Below are positions 18,182-27,882 of a stretch of DNA of 64,000 nt, piece after piece; the stretch's first letter is position 1, and the number at the start of each line of letters is the position of its first letter. The stretch comes from an uncultured delta proteobacterium (GTDB lineage: Bacteria; Desulfobacterota; Binatia; DP-6), in contig CAWFFN010000012.1 in assembly GCA_963815115.1 (NCBI GenBank), positions 150,590 to 214,589 on the forward strand, given 5' to 3'. The position numbers were made by a program, and so were the translations under genes. The notes beneath the pieces were generated by a model that had not been told where the DNA came from, did not search any database, and saw nothing but the letters and a program-made list of their open reading frames with translations.

Positions 18182-19738
18182 TCATCGCGTTGAACTCTCG
18201 CTTCTCGATCGCAGCGCCTGCTTGTCCACCTTGTACATGGCCGTCACGGGAAGGTCCGCCAGCAGCGTCAGCCCGTCGGGCCGCTTGAAGCTGGCCAGCT
18301 CGGCCCCGACGAAGGCGCGCAGCTCGGCGAGCGTCGGGGGCTCGGCGGGCTCGCGCGGCACGACGAAGGCCCAGCCGACCTCGCCGAAGACCGCGTCCGG
18401 CACGCCGACGATGGCGGCGCGCGCCACCTTCGGGTGCCTGGCGAGCAGGTCCTCGATCTCGTTCGGGTAGACGTTGAAGCCGCCGCGGATGAACATCTCG
18501 CTCTGGCGTCCGCGCAGGTGGAGATAGCCGTCGCCGTCCAGGAAACCGAGGTCGCCGGTGCGGATCCAGCCCTCCGGGTCGATCACCGCGGCCGTCGCCT
18601 CCGGATCGTTCCAGTAGCCGCGCATGGTCGCCGGCGAGCGCACCTGGACTCCGCCCACCGAGCCGGCCGGCAGCGCCCCGCCGTCTTCGCCCGCGATGCG
18701 CATCTCGACACCGGGGGTGGGCTTGCCGACGGTGGTGGCGAGACGCTCGGGCGGATCGTCCGGCAGCGACGCGGTGGCGATGCCCACCTCGGTGGACGAG
18801 TAGCGCACGCTCACCTCGACGCGCAGCTCCTCCTGCACCCGCCGGATCAAGTCGGGAGACGAGGGCGCGCCGCCGAGGAGGACCTGGCGCAGCGAGCGCA
18901 GGTCGCGCCGCGGGCGGTCGGGATGGTCGAGGAGCATGATTGCCTGGGTCGGAATCGCGCCGATGTGGGTGAGCCGCTCGCGTTCGATGGTCTCGAGGAC
19001 GGCGGCCGGATCGAAGGCGTCGTGGATCAGGGCGGCGCCGCGGTTGCCGATCTGGACGGCGATGCGCGCCATGGTCCCGACGTGCGCGAAGGAGAGCCCC
19101 GCGGCGAGGTGCAGGGGAGCGCGCCCGACCCGCCCCGTGTGCCGCCGCGCCTCGATCTCGGCCAGCGCGAGCAGGCTCGCATGGGCGTACCAGGCGCCCT
19201 TGGGCGCGCCGGTCGTCCCGCTGGTGAAGACGATCGCCGCCGGCGCCCCGGCCGGCACGTCGCGTTCCGCCACCGCCGCCGCCGGGCCCGCGATCCGCTG
19301 CACGGTCTCGCGCGTGCCGTTCCGCACGTCGTCCGCCCGGAGCCACAGGACATCGTAGCGCGCCGGCAGCGCATCGACCATGGTGCGGAAGTCGGCGTCG
19401 TGCCAGCGCTCGACGGCGAGAAGCAGGCGCGGGCGTGCCCGCGCCAGGATGTGGCCGATCTCGGTGCGCCGGTAGCGCGCGTTGATGCCGGCGGTGACGG
19501 CGCCGAGCCGCGCCGCGGCCAGGTAGGCGACGAGGTAGAGCGGCGTCGAGGGGAGGAGCAGTGCCACCACGTCGCCCGCCTGCACGCCCCGCGCGGCGAG
19601 GCCGGCAGCGAGGCGGTCGGCGAGCGCGTCCCAGTCGCGGTAGGTGAGGCGCTCGGTGCGATAGCGGAACGCCTCCGCGTCGGGCGTCTCGCGGGCGGAA
19701 CTGCGCAGCAGGGCGCCGAGGGTTGGATGGGGGGCCAC
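18182..19738 (-). CDS. AMP-dependent synthetase/ligase (acyl-CoA synthetase family)
   Basis: TSGTTGAPKG AMP-binding motif and C-terminal GDLGFLDGDGYLHLRGRQSEMFIRGGFNVYPNEIE. Confidence 0.8.
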   Translation of the reverse strand: MAPHPTLGALLRSSARETPDAEAFRYRTERLTYRDWDALADRLAAGLAARGVQAGDVVALLLPSTPLYLVAYLAAARLGAVTAGINARYRRTEIGHILARARPRLLLAVERWHDADFRTMVDALPARYDVLWLRADDVRNGTRETVQRIAGPAAAVAERDVPAGAPAAIVFTSGTTGAPKGAWYAHASLLALAEIEARRHTGRVGRAPLHLAAGLSFAHVGTMARIAVQIGNRGAALIHDAFDPAAVLETIERERLTHIGAIPTQAIMLLDHPDRPRRDLRSLRQVLLGGAPSSPDLIRRVQEELRVEVSVRYSSTEVGIATASLPDDPPERLATTVGKPTPGVEMRIAGEDGGALPAGSVGGVQVRSPATMRGYWNDPEATAAVIDPEGWIRTGDLGFLDGDGYLHLRGRQSEMFIRGGFNVYPNEIEDLLARHPKVARAAIVGVPDAVFGEVGWAFVVPREPAEPPTLAELRAFVGAELASFKRPDGLTLLADLPVTAMYKVDKQALRSRSESSTR

Positions 19739-19932
19739 GGGCTAGACTTAGCCGACCCGGGGGCGCTGAGCGAGAAACGCGCCTTCTCTGTCTGTAACCC
19801 GGGCTAGAGGCTCGGCAGCCTTGGCGGTCATGTGCCCGCCGTCGCATGTTTCACCACCCTGGACGGCGCGCGGTTGCTTCGAGGATAACGACTGCGAGTC
19901 ACAGGCCCCAATTCCCGCGAAGGAGAGGACAG

Positions 19933-21570
19933 ATGGTCGAAACGAAGCGGAAAGGAGCGGCGGCCCGAAGGCCATGCCTCCCGGCGTCGGTCGCGGCGGG
20001 CATCCTGGTGCTCGCGGCGGGCGCCGCGTGGGCGCAGGGGCTCACCGGCATGCTCCCCTTCTTTCCCCCGGGGGAGGAAGTCACGGACGCGGTGAAGGCG
20101 CACTACCACTTCAAGGTGGTCGCCAATCAGAGCCCCGGCGGAAAGATCCTCTTCGGATCGAATCGATTCTACGGAACGGGCCCGGAGACCTACCTCACCG
20201 AGAACAACTTCTACAGCAACGGGCTGCTCTACGCCGACGAGGTCTGCACGAGCTGGCCGCTCGAGGGAATGCCGACCTTTGCGGTGACGACCCTGCGGGT
20301 GGCCGTGCCCGACTACAACCTGCACGGGAAGACCGGCGCCAGGACCTTCGCGCCGGCGGACTTCCCGCGTCAGAGCTACAACATCGACACGGCCACCGGC
20401 GCGCCCAAGACCGACATGATCTCGCAGTTCGACCTGACCGGCCGGGAAGGCACGGTGGAGATCAGCCGTGGAGACATCGTGACGGACCACACGGGATGGA
20501 AGTGCTCGGGTCCGCTCGATGCGAGCGTCTACCGGCAGTGGAACGTGGTCGTCACCGTCGACGGGGTCTCGTATCCCGTGGCGTTCGCCCTCCCGGACGA
20601 CGGCGCCCACTACTTCACACCGTACGAGATACTCAACTTCTATACCGAGTTCTTCCAGCATCCCGGGCTCTTCAAGGTGCACTTCTGGAAGCTCGAGGTG
20701 CAACGCGAGAATTCCACCACGTGGATCCCGTTGCGCTGGTTCCGCGTGCACAACGATGCACCCACCAACACCGAGTGGGGCGTTCGGATCACCACCGACG
20801 ACGGCATCCGGGTGCTCGAGGTGAGCAACGACGCTCCTGCCGATTTCTTCGGTGACGGGGCGACCTTCATGCTTCCAACACCCGTGTGCGGTGACGGAAT
20901 CGTGGACGGTAGCGAGCAGTGCGACGATGGCAACACGCTGGACGGCGACTGCTGTTCCTCGACCTGCCAGTTCGACCCGGCGGGTTCGGCGTGTACCGAC
21001 GGCGTCATCTGCACCGAGGACGCATGCGACGGGGCCGGGACATGCACGCATCACGTGCCCCCGGTGGCGGGCTGCGACGGACCGCAAGCGACGAAGGCCA
21101 CGCTGACCTTGAAGAAGAATGCGAGGAGTGCGACCGCGGACGCGCTCGAATGGAAATGGGTGAGCGGTGGGCCCTTCGACGCTGGCGCGCTCGGCACACC
21201 GGCGACCACGACGGACCTGACTCTCTGCGTGTTCGATCAGACCGGCAAAGCGGTCGCCGCGACCGCGCCCGCGGGCGGCCAGTGCGCCGGGAAGCCATGC
21301 TGGCGCACGAGCGCGACGACCGTGAAGTACTCGGACAAGGCCCTCACTCCCGACGGCCTTCAGAAGCTGCAGGGCAAGAGTGGAGCGGCCGGGCGGGGAA
21401 AGCTCGAGGTCAAGGGGAAGGGTGCCAGCCTCCGGATGCCGTCGCTCGGGCTCACGACGCCGGTCACCGCGCGCCTTCTGCGTGGCGACGGCCCGGGATG
21501 CTGGGAGGCGACCTTCGCGTCCCACGTGCAGAAGAACCTTCCGACCGAGTTCAGGGCCAAATCGGAGTGA
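19933..21570 (+). CDS. Secreted protein with C-terminal Myxococcus cysteine-rich repeat
   Basis: Good SD (AAGGAGAGG) 5 nt before the ATG. Signal peptide present. Motif CGDGIVDGSEQCDDGNTLDGDCCSSTCQFD matches the Myxococcus cysteine-rich repeat. Confidence 0.7.
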   Translation: MVETKRKGAAARRPCLPASVAAGILVLAAGAAWAQGLTGMLPFFPPGEEVTDAVKAHYHFKVVANQSPGGKILFGSNRFYGTGPETYLTENNFYSNGLLYADEVCTSWPLEGMPTFAVTTLRVAVPDYNLHGKTGARTFAPADFPRQSYNIDTATGAPKTDMISQFDLTGREGTVEISRGDIVTDHTGWKCSGPLDASVYRQWNVVVTVDGVSYPVAFALPDDGAHYFTPYEILNFYTEFFQHPGLFKVHFWKLEVQRENSTTWIPLRWFRVHNDAPTNTEWGVRITTDDGIRVLEVSNDAPADFFGDGATFMLPTPVCGDGIVDGSEQCDDGNTLDGDCCSSTCQFDPAGSACTDGVICTEDACDGAGTCTHHVPPVAGCDGPQATKATLTLKKNARSATADALEWKWVSGGPFDAGALGTPATTTDLTLCVFDQTGKAVAATAPAGGQCAGKPCWRTSATTVKYSDKALTPDGLQKLQGKSGAAGRGKLEVKGKGASLRMPSLGLTTPVTARLLRGDGPGCWEATFASHVQKNLPTEFRAKSE

Positions 21571-21587
21571 GGCTCGATGGCGCCTGC

Positions 21588-22544
21588 ATGGCCGGATACC
21601 GAAAGGCGTTGCCCCAGCTCGGTGGAGACCTCTACCTGACCGACGGCGGCATCGAGACCACGCTCATCTTCCACGAAGGCCTGGAGCTTCCGGACTTCGC
21701 CGCGTTCGATCTCCTGCGGACGCCGGAGGGCGAGGCGGCGCTGCGCAGGTACTTCCGGACGTACGCCGAGCTCGCGCGGCGCTTCGGCACCGGCCTGATC
21801 CTCGAGAGCGCCACCTGGAGGGCCAGCGCGGACTGGGGAAGCAGGCTCGGCTACACCGCCGAGGCGCTCGCCGATGCGAACCGTCGCGCGATCGCCCTGC
21901 TCGAGGAGGTGCGCGACGAATTCGGCACCGATCGGACGCCCGTGGTCGTCAGCGGATGCCTCGGGCCACGCGGCGATGGCTATGTCCCCGGTCGTGCCAT
22001 GTCGGAGCGGGAGGCGGAGGCCTACCACGGGGAGCAGATCGCGACGTTCGCCGGCTCCGCCGCCGACATGGTGTGCGCCATCACCATGAACTACGCCGAG
22101 GAGGCCGCGGGCATCGCGCGAGCGGCGCGGCGCGCGGCCGTGCCCGTCGCCATCTCCTTCACGGTGGAGACCGATGGCAAGCTTCCGACCGGGCAGACGT
22201 TGCAGGCGGCCATCGAGCAGGTCGAGGGCGCCACGTCGGGCAATCCCGCCTACTACATGATCAACTGCGCGCACCCGACGCATTTCGAGACGGTGCTGCC
22301 CGAGCGGGAGCCCTGGGTGCAGCGGATTCGCGGTCTCCGCGCGAACGCCTCGCGCATGAGCCACGCCGAGCTCAACGAATCCCTCGAGCTCGACATCGGT
22401 GACGCGGCCGAGCTCGGGCAGGACTACGCGCGGCTGAGGAAGCGGCTCGCGCATCTCAACGTGATGGGAGGGTGCTGCGGCACGGATCACCGGCACATCG
22501 AGCAGATCGCGTCGGCCGTCCTGCCGCTCTTCCGGAGTGCCTGA
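21588..22544 (+). CDS. Homocysteine S-methyltransferase family protein
   Basis: LTDGGIETTLIF near the N-terminus and MGGCCGTDHRHIEQI near the C-terminus are typical of MmuM/BHMT-type zinc methyltransferases. Confidence 0.8.
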   Translation: MAGYRKALPQLGGDLYLTDGGIETTLIFHEGLELPDFAAFDLLRTPEGEAALRRYFRTYAELARRFGTGLILESATWRASADWGSRLGYTAEALADANRRAIALLEEVRDEFGTDRTPVVVSGCLGPRGDGYVPGRAMSEREAEAYHGEQIATFAGSAADMVCAITMNYAEEAAGIARAARRAAVPVAISFTVETDGKLPTGQTLQAAIEQVEGATSGNPAYYMINCAHPTHFETVLPEREPWVQRIRGLRANASRMSHAELNESLELDIGDAAELGQDYARLRKRLAHLNVMGGCCGTDHRHIEQIASAVLPLFRSA

Positions 22545-22628
22545 CGAGCGGGTCGCGTGGCCGAGACGTTGCGCGCCCCGCGCCGTCCATGACACAGAAC
22601 GGGTCAGACTTTTCGAAGGCGATCGGCC

Positions 22629-23909
22629 ATGGCGGTGGCACGCATCCAGTTCCCTCATCACTACCGGGCGCTCGATCCGGCGATTCGCCGCGAGCTCGTC
22701 GACCACGCCGCCGCCGACGGCTTCCCGCTCTCCGGCATCCTCTACCGGCCGCCGCGGGGCGAGCGGGACACGGTCGTCGTCGCGATGCATCCGCGCGTCG
22801 ACTTCGCGCGACACTACCTGGCGCCGCGGCTGGCGGCTGCGGGCTACGCCTTCTTCGGCACGGCCTCCCGCTACCTGAACAACGACGCCGACATGCTGCA
22901 CGAGCGCGTGCTGCTCGACGTCGCGGGCACGGTCGGGCATCTGCGCGAGAGCGGCTTCCGGCGCGTCGTCCTGCTCGGCAACTCCGGCGGCGGATCGCTC
23001 TTCGCCTTCTACCTCGAGCAGGCGGAGAAGCCGCCGGCCGAGCGGCTCCGTCGCGCCCCGTCCGGCGACGCGGTGCCGCTCCCCGAGACCGATCTCCCGC
23101 CCGCGGACGGCCTGGTGCTCCTCGCGGCGCACCTCGGCGAGGGCCGCTTTCTCCTCGACCGCCTCGACCCGTCCATGGTCGACGAGGCGGACCCGGTGGC
23201 GACCGACCCGCGTCTCGACATGTACGATCCGCGCAACGGCTACCGGCCGATGGACGAGGGGCCGTCGTCGTACGCCGCCGACTTCCTCGCCGAGTTTCGT
23301 GCCGGGCAGCGCGCCCGCTGCCGGCGGCTGGACGCGCGCGCCCTCGAGTGGTGCGAGGAGGCGCGCTGGCATCGGCGCCGTCTGGGCGTCGCGGACGACG
23401 TCGCGCGCATGTCCGCGGCCGAGCGCTCCCGCCTGGCTCGACTCGCGCTCCAGCGGCGGTACTTCCTGATCTATCGCACGCTCGCCGACCCGCGCTATCT
23501 GGATCCGGCGCTCGACCCGTCGCAGCGCCCGCTGGGCTCGATCTTCTCGTTCGGCCGCGATCCCGTGGTCGGCAACTACGGCGAGGGTCTGGCCCGGACG
23601 ATGAGCGCGCGCGGCTGGCTCTCCACCTGGTCCGGTCTCGCGTCGAATGCCGCGCTCGAGCGCACGCTGCGCGGGGTCACGGTGCCGACGCTGGTCGTCT
23701 GCGCGCTCGCCGACATGGACATCTACCCCGGCGAGTGCCGTTCCAGCCTCGACGCCTCGGGGGCGCAGGACAAGCAGTGGGCGGAGCTGCCCTGGGCCGG
23801 CCACTACCTCTACCCGGCCGGGCCGGCGGGCGCCGAGCTTCCTCATCCGCAGGACCGCGTCGCCGACGACGTCGTGCTGCCCTGGCTGCGGCAGCGCTGG
23901 CCGCTCTAG
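22629..23909 (+). CDS. Alpha/beta-hydrolase fold protein
   Basis: GNSGGGS nucleophile-elbow-like motif. ~426 aa. Confidence 0.6.
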   Translation: MAVARIQFPHHYRALDPAIRRELVDHAAADGFPLSGILYRPPRGERDTVVVAMHPRVDFARHYLAPRLAAAGYAFFGTASRYLNNDADMLHERVLLDVAGTVGHLRESGFRRVVLLGNSGGGSLFAFYLEQAEKPPAERLRRAPSGDAVPLPETDLPPADGLVLLAAHLGEGRFLLDRLDPSMVDEADPVATDPRLDMYDPRNGYRPMDEGPSSYAADFLAEFRAGQRARCRRLDARALEWCEEARWHRRRLGVADDVARMSAAERSRLARLALQRRYFLIYRTLADPRYLDPALDPSQRPLGSIFSFGRDPVVGNYGEGLARTMSARGWLSTWSGLASNAALERTLRGVTVPTLVVCALADMDIYPGECRSSLDASGAQDKQWAELPWAGHYLYPAGPAGAELPHPQDRVADDVVLPWLRQRWPL

Positions 23910-23918
23910 CAGCGCATC

Positions 23919-25088
23919 GTGCGTGCTCGCGCCGCCGCCGTCGTCGGCATCGGTCAGTCCGCGTTCTCGAAGCATCTCGGCATGAGCGAGGCCGAGGTCG
24001 CGGCCACCGCGATCCGGGCCGCGCTCGACGATGCGAGCCTCACGCTCCGCGACGTCGACGGGCTCTGCCTCTACGACATCGAATCGACCACGGTCGGTGA
24101 CGTGGCGGCGCTCCTCGGGCTCGACGGCATTCGTTTCTTCTCGACGCACAGCCACGGCGGCGGAGCCTACTGCGCGGTGGTGCTGCACGCGGCGGCCGCG
24201 CTGGCCGCGGGCCACGCCTCGGTGGTGCTCGCCTTTCGCGCCCGCAATCGCGGGAGGGGCTCGTCGTACGGGAAGCGCTCCAACCAGGGCGGCCGGCCAT
24301 GGGAGAAGATCGCGCCGCGGATCGCCGGTTTCTACCAGTGGCAGGTGCCCTTCGGCATCGTCTCGCCGGTGCAGGAGATGGCGCTGATCGCACGGCGGCA
24401 CATGCTCGATCACGGCACCACGGAGGATCACCTCGGCGAGGTGGCGTGCGCCGCGCGTAGCCACGCGGCACGCAATCCCCATGCGTTGCAGCGCGAGCCG
24501 ATGACGCTCGCCGACCACCACGCCTCGCGTTTCGTCGCCGAGCCGCTCAGGCTGCTCGACTGTTGCCTCGAGAGCGACGGCGGCTGCGCCGTCGTCCTCA
24601 CCACGGCGGAGCGGGCGCGCGATCTGCCGCAGCGTCCCGCCCACGTCCTCGCCGGGGCCCAGTGCGTCGGGCCGGCGCACCACCATCCACACGACTGGTT
24701 CGTCTTCGATCGCCGCCGCTGGATGGCGGCCGCAGCCGAGCGCCTGTGGGGTACGGCGGGCGTCCGGCCCGACGACGTCGACGCCGCGATGCTCTACGAC
24801 CACTTCACGCCCATGGTGCTGATCGCGCTCGAGGACTGGGGGTTCTGTGCAGCCGGCGAGGGCGGGCCCTTCGTCGAGGGCGGTGCGCTGCGCGGCCCGG
24901 ACGGGCGCCTGCCGGTGAACACCCACGGCGGCCAGCTCTCCGAGGCCTTCATCCACGGCTTCAACAATCTGACCGAGGCGGTGCGGCAGGTACGGGGGAC
25001 GTCGACCTGCCAGGTGCCGGGCGCCGAGCTGGTCTTCGTGGCGGCGGCGTCGAGCGATCCCTACGGCGCCCTGCTGCTCTGCCGGTGA
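23919..25088 (+). CDS. Thiolase-like protein (SCP-x/lipid-transfer-protein type thiolase)
   Basis: Thiolase-fold motifs (VVGIGQSAF...; C-terminal NTHGGQLSEAFIHGFNNLTEAVRQVRG). Followed by a GTGA-coupled DUF35 partner. Confidence 0.75.
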   Translation: MRARAAAVVGIGQSAFSKHLGMSEAEVAATAIRAALDDASLTLRDVDGLCLYDIESTTVGDVAALLGLDGIRFFSTHSHGGGAYCAVVLHAAAALAAGHASVVLAFRARNRGRGSSYGKRSNQGGRPWEKIAPRIAGFYQWQVPFGIVSPVQEMALIARRHMLDHGTTEDHLGEVACAARSHAARNPHALQREPMTLADHHASRFVAEPLRLLDCCLESDGGCAVVLTTAERARDLPQRPAHVLAGAQCVGPAHHHPHDWFVFDRRRWMAAAAERLWGTAGVRPDDVDAAMLYDHFTPMVLIALEDWGFCAAGEGGPFVEGGALRGPDGRLPVNTHGGQLSEAFIHGFNNLTEAVRQVRGTSTCQVPGAELVFVAAASSDPYGALLLCR

Positions 25089-25501
25089 GCATCGTGCCCG
25101 ACGTCCTGCCCCCGCTGCCCGAGCCCGGACCCGACTCCCGCGAGTTCTGGGAGGGGTGCCGGCGCCACGAGCTGCGCGTGCAGCGGTGCGCGGCCTGCCG
25201 CCGCGCCCGGTTCGCGCCCCGGCCGGCGTGTCCGTGGTGCGGATCGCCGCGGGTCGCATGGTTCACGGCCAGCGGCCGCGGGCGCGTCTTCACCTGGACG
25301 GTCGTCCACCGCCCGACGCTGGCCGCGTTCGAGCCGCTCCTGCCGTATGCCGCGGGGCTGATCGAGCTCGAGGAGGGCGTGTTCATGGCGGGGCAGATTC
25401 GCGGCTGCGCGCCGCGGCAGGTGCGTGCCGGGCTGGAGGTGCGAGTGGAGTTCGACGACGTCACCGCGGACGTGTCGTTGCCGCACTGGCGGGCGGTGTG
25501 A
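25085..25501 (+). CDS. DUF35 OB-fold/zinc-ribbon protein (thiolase partner)
   Basis: Cys4 ribbon (CAACRRARFAPRPACPWCGS) followed by an OB-fold-like segment. GTG start overlapping the thiolase stop. Confidence 0.7.
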   Translation: MSIVPDVLPPLPEPGPDSREFWEGCRRHELRVQRCAACRRARFAPRPACPWCGSPRVAWFTASGRGRVFTWTVVHRPTLAAFEPLLPYAAGLIELEEGVFMAGQIRGCAPRQVRAGLEVRVEFDDVTADVSLPHWRAV

Positions 25502-26523
25502 CGCCGGTCGTCGTCGGCATCGGCGCGACCCCCTTCGTTCGCCGCAGCGGTGCGAGTGCGGCGGGCCTCGCGGCGCGCGCCATCGTCGCGGCGGTGCGGG
25601 ATGCGCGGGTCTCGTTCGAGGACATCGACGGGATCGTCCGCTTCGATCGCGAGGGCGCCTGGGAGTACGACTTCCCCGGCGTGATGCGCCTGCGGGCGCT
25701 CGACTACTACGGCGCCGTTCCCGACGGGCCGGGCAGCGCTCCGGCGCTGCTGCGGCTCGCCGCGATGGCGGTCTCGCAGGGCCTGGCCCGGGTGGTGGTG
25801 GGCTATCACGCCCGCGCGGGAGCCCGTCCGGAGGATGCCGACGCGGTGCGAGCCGCGGCGCTGCTCGCGCGCCGGCGGGCACCTCGCGTGGCAGCCGTCA
25901 CGCTCGCCCTGCGGCGGGCGGCGGTGCGCAACCCGGCGGCCGTCCTGCGCGCACCGCTCACCAGGGCGGCGCACGCCCGCAGCCCTCATCTGGCGGCTCC
26001 GCTCCGCGAGGCCGACGCGGCGCCGCCGTCGGCCGGCGGCTGTGCGTTCGTGATGGCCGCACTCGAGCGTCCCGGCCCCCCGTGGCGGAAGCCGGTGCGG
26101 GTGCTCGGATCGATGCAGGCCGCCATCCCGAGCGCGTCGCGGCATCTCGAGGCGTGGCTCGAGAGCCGGCGTCGGGGCGTCCTCGAGGCCGCCGCGCGGC
26201 GTCTCTACGGCGACGCCGGCATCGGGCCGCGAGAGGTCGACGTCGCCTGTCTCTACGCGGCGCCGAGCGCGCTGGTGCTGCCCGCACTGGACGACTACGG
26301 GATCGGAGATCGCAACGGCCCCGGGCTGCCTCGCCGCCCGCGCGTGAACCCGCACGGCGGGCAGCTGGCGGAGGCGGCACTCGACGGCATCAACGACCTG
26401 CTCGAGGCGGTCCGACAGCTGCGCGGGGAGGCCGCCAGCCAGGTGCGCGGCGCGCGCGTGGCCCTGGTGGCCGGGTCGCCGCTCGAGCCCACCTCGGCGG
26501 TGCTGCTGGGAGCGCCCCCATGA
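25498..26523 (+). CDS. Second thiolase-like protein (divergent, Ala/Arg-rich)
   Basis: GTGA-coupled. C-terminal NPHGGQLAEAALDGINDLLEAVRQLRG mirrors the upstream thiolase C-terminus. The middle region is low-complexity. Confidence 0.55.
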   Translation: MTPVVVGIGATPFVRRSGASAAGLAARAIVAAVRDARVSFEDIDGIVRFDREGAWEYDFPGVMRLRALDYYGAVPDGPGSAPALLRLAAMAVSQGLARVVVGYHARAGARPEDADAVRAAALLARRRAPRVAAVTLALRRAAVRNPAAVLRAPLTRAAHARSPHLAAPLREADAAPPSAGGCAFVMAALERPGPPWRKPVRVLGSMQAAIPSASRHLEAWLESRRRGVLEAAARRLYGDAGIGPREVDVACLYAAPSALVLPALDDYGIGDRNGPGLPRRPRVNPHGGQLAEAALDGINDLLEAVRQLRGEAASQVRGARVALVAGSPLEPTSAVLLGAPP

Positions 26524-27335
26524 GCGATGCGCTCGATCGGCTGACCGTCGGACACTACATGCTGCGGAACTGGTCGCTCGAGGAGGACGTGCGCCACTTG
26601 GGGCGCCTCGGCTTCCACTCCATCAGCCTCGCCAGCACCAAGCTGGCGGCGTACGGGCCGGCGCGTGCCGTGCGGCTGCTGCGGGGGTCGGGACTGCGGG
26701 TGGCGCATCTCGGCTCCTACGGGCGCTTCGGTACCGAGGCCCGGACGATCAGGCGCGGCCTCGACGAGGTACGCCGTGCGCTCGGCTGGCTGCACGCGCT
26801 CGACGGCGACGTGCTGGTCGTGATCAGCGGCGGGCGCGGCGGCGCGCCGTGGGAGCAGGCGGCGCGCGCCTATGCCGACGCGTACGCCGCGCTGCTTCCC
26901 GAGGCGACCGCGGCCGGCGTGCGGCTCGCCATCGAGGTGATCCACCCGTTGCGGCAGGACCTGTCCTTCATCAGCACGCTCGACGACGCGCGCGAGATCG
27001 CCGTGCAAGCAGGCCGCCGGGGCGGCTACGTGCTGGACTTCTGGCACTCCGGCTGGGAGCGCGGGCTGCTCGCCGCCATCCGCCGCGACGCCGCGCGACG
27101 CATCCACGCGGTTCAGGTTTCCGACTACAAGCGCCTGACGATGCGCACGCTCGACCGCGCCCTGCTCGGCAAGGGCATCCTTCCGCTCGGGGCGATGGTC
27201 CGCGCGCTCGAGGAGGGCGGCTACCGGGGCTGGTACGAGGCCGAGATCATCAGCGACGACGTCGAGCGGATGGGGTACGAGCGCGTGCTCAGACACACGC
27301 GCAGCGCGATGGCGCGCCTGCTGTCCGCTGCCTAG
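26520..27335 (+). CDS. Sugar-phosphate isomerase/epimerase (xylose-isomerase-like TIM barrel)
   Basis: ATGA-coupled. AP-endonuclease-2/TIM-barrel-like pattern (HLGSYG...LAIEVIHP...DFWH). Confidence 0.65.
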   Translation: MSDALDRLTVGHYMLRNWSLEEDVRHLGRLGFHSISLASTKLAAYGPARAVRLLRGSGLRVAHLGSYGRFGTEARTIRRGLDEVRRALGWLHALDGDVLVVISGGRGGAPWEQAARAYADAYAALLPEATAAGVRLAIEVIHPLRQDLSFISTLDDAREIAVQAGRRGGYVLDFWHSGWERGLLAAIRRDAARRIHAVQVSDYKRLTMRTLDRALLGKGILPLGAMVRALEEGGYRGWYEAEIISDDVERMGYERVLRHTRSAMARLLSAA

Positions 27336-27829
27336 GGCGCGCAGGCGGAGCTGGTCTCCAGCTCGCAGCGCGACGTGCAGCAGTCGCCGTCCAGGGTGTT
27401 GCCGTCGTCGCAGTCCTCGCCGGCGTCGCGATGACCGTCGCCACACGTCGGGATGCGACGCGCGTGGAAATGCAGGGCGCCCGTGCTCGCACGCACCACG
27501 CCGCTCATGACGTCGCAGGCGGCGTCGATCCGGGCCCGGACTCGCCGCGAGTCGGTGCCGCACGAGGCCCACGCGGTGCGCAGCCTGGTCCCGTCCCGGC
27601 CCTCGTGCACGACCGTCATGGCCGCGGGCGCGCAGCCCGTCGCCAGGAGCACGATGCCGCCGCGCAGCTCGATCAGACCTGCCGGGCCACCTATCGGGAC
27701 ATCAGGGCCGCCATCGACCACGAATCGCCCGAGAGCGCAGGGGCGCCCGAAGCGGGCGGTGAGGAGCGGCGACAGCGCCGCGGCCACGTAGAGCGCGGCC
27801 AGCGCCCGCAGGATCCGTGCCCGCGACAT
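27332..27829 (-). CDS. Small secreted protein with Myxococcus cysteine-rich repeat
   Basis: Signal-like N-terminus (MSRARILRALAALYVAAALSPLL). C-terminal CGDGHRDAGEDCDDGNTLDGDCCTSRCE is a second copy of the repeat class seen in the 19933 gene. Confidence 0.55.
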   Translation of the reverse strand: MSRARILRALAALYVAAALSPLLTARFGRPCALGRFVVDGGPDVPIGGPAGLIELRGGIVLLATGCAPAAMTVVHEGRDGTRLRTAWASCGTDSRRVRARIDAACDVMSGVVRASTGALHFHARRIPTCGDGHRDAGEDCDDGNTLDGDCCTSRCELETSSACAP

Positions 27830-27882
27830 CGTGCCGCAAGCATAGGCTCCTCGGCACACATCGATTCAATGGGGTTGACTGA

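Noticed and set aside
17997-19847. 616-aa minus-strand ORF
   Set aside because: Out-of-frame shadow of the acyl-CoA synthetase 18182-19738, which carries the real AMP-binding motifs.
21360-25259. 1299-aa minus-strand ORF
   Set aside because: Antisense to five well-supported plus-strand genes. No domain signatures.
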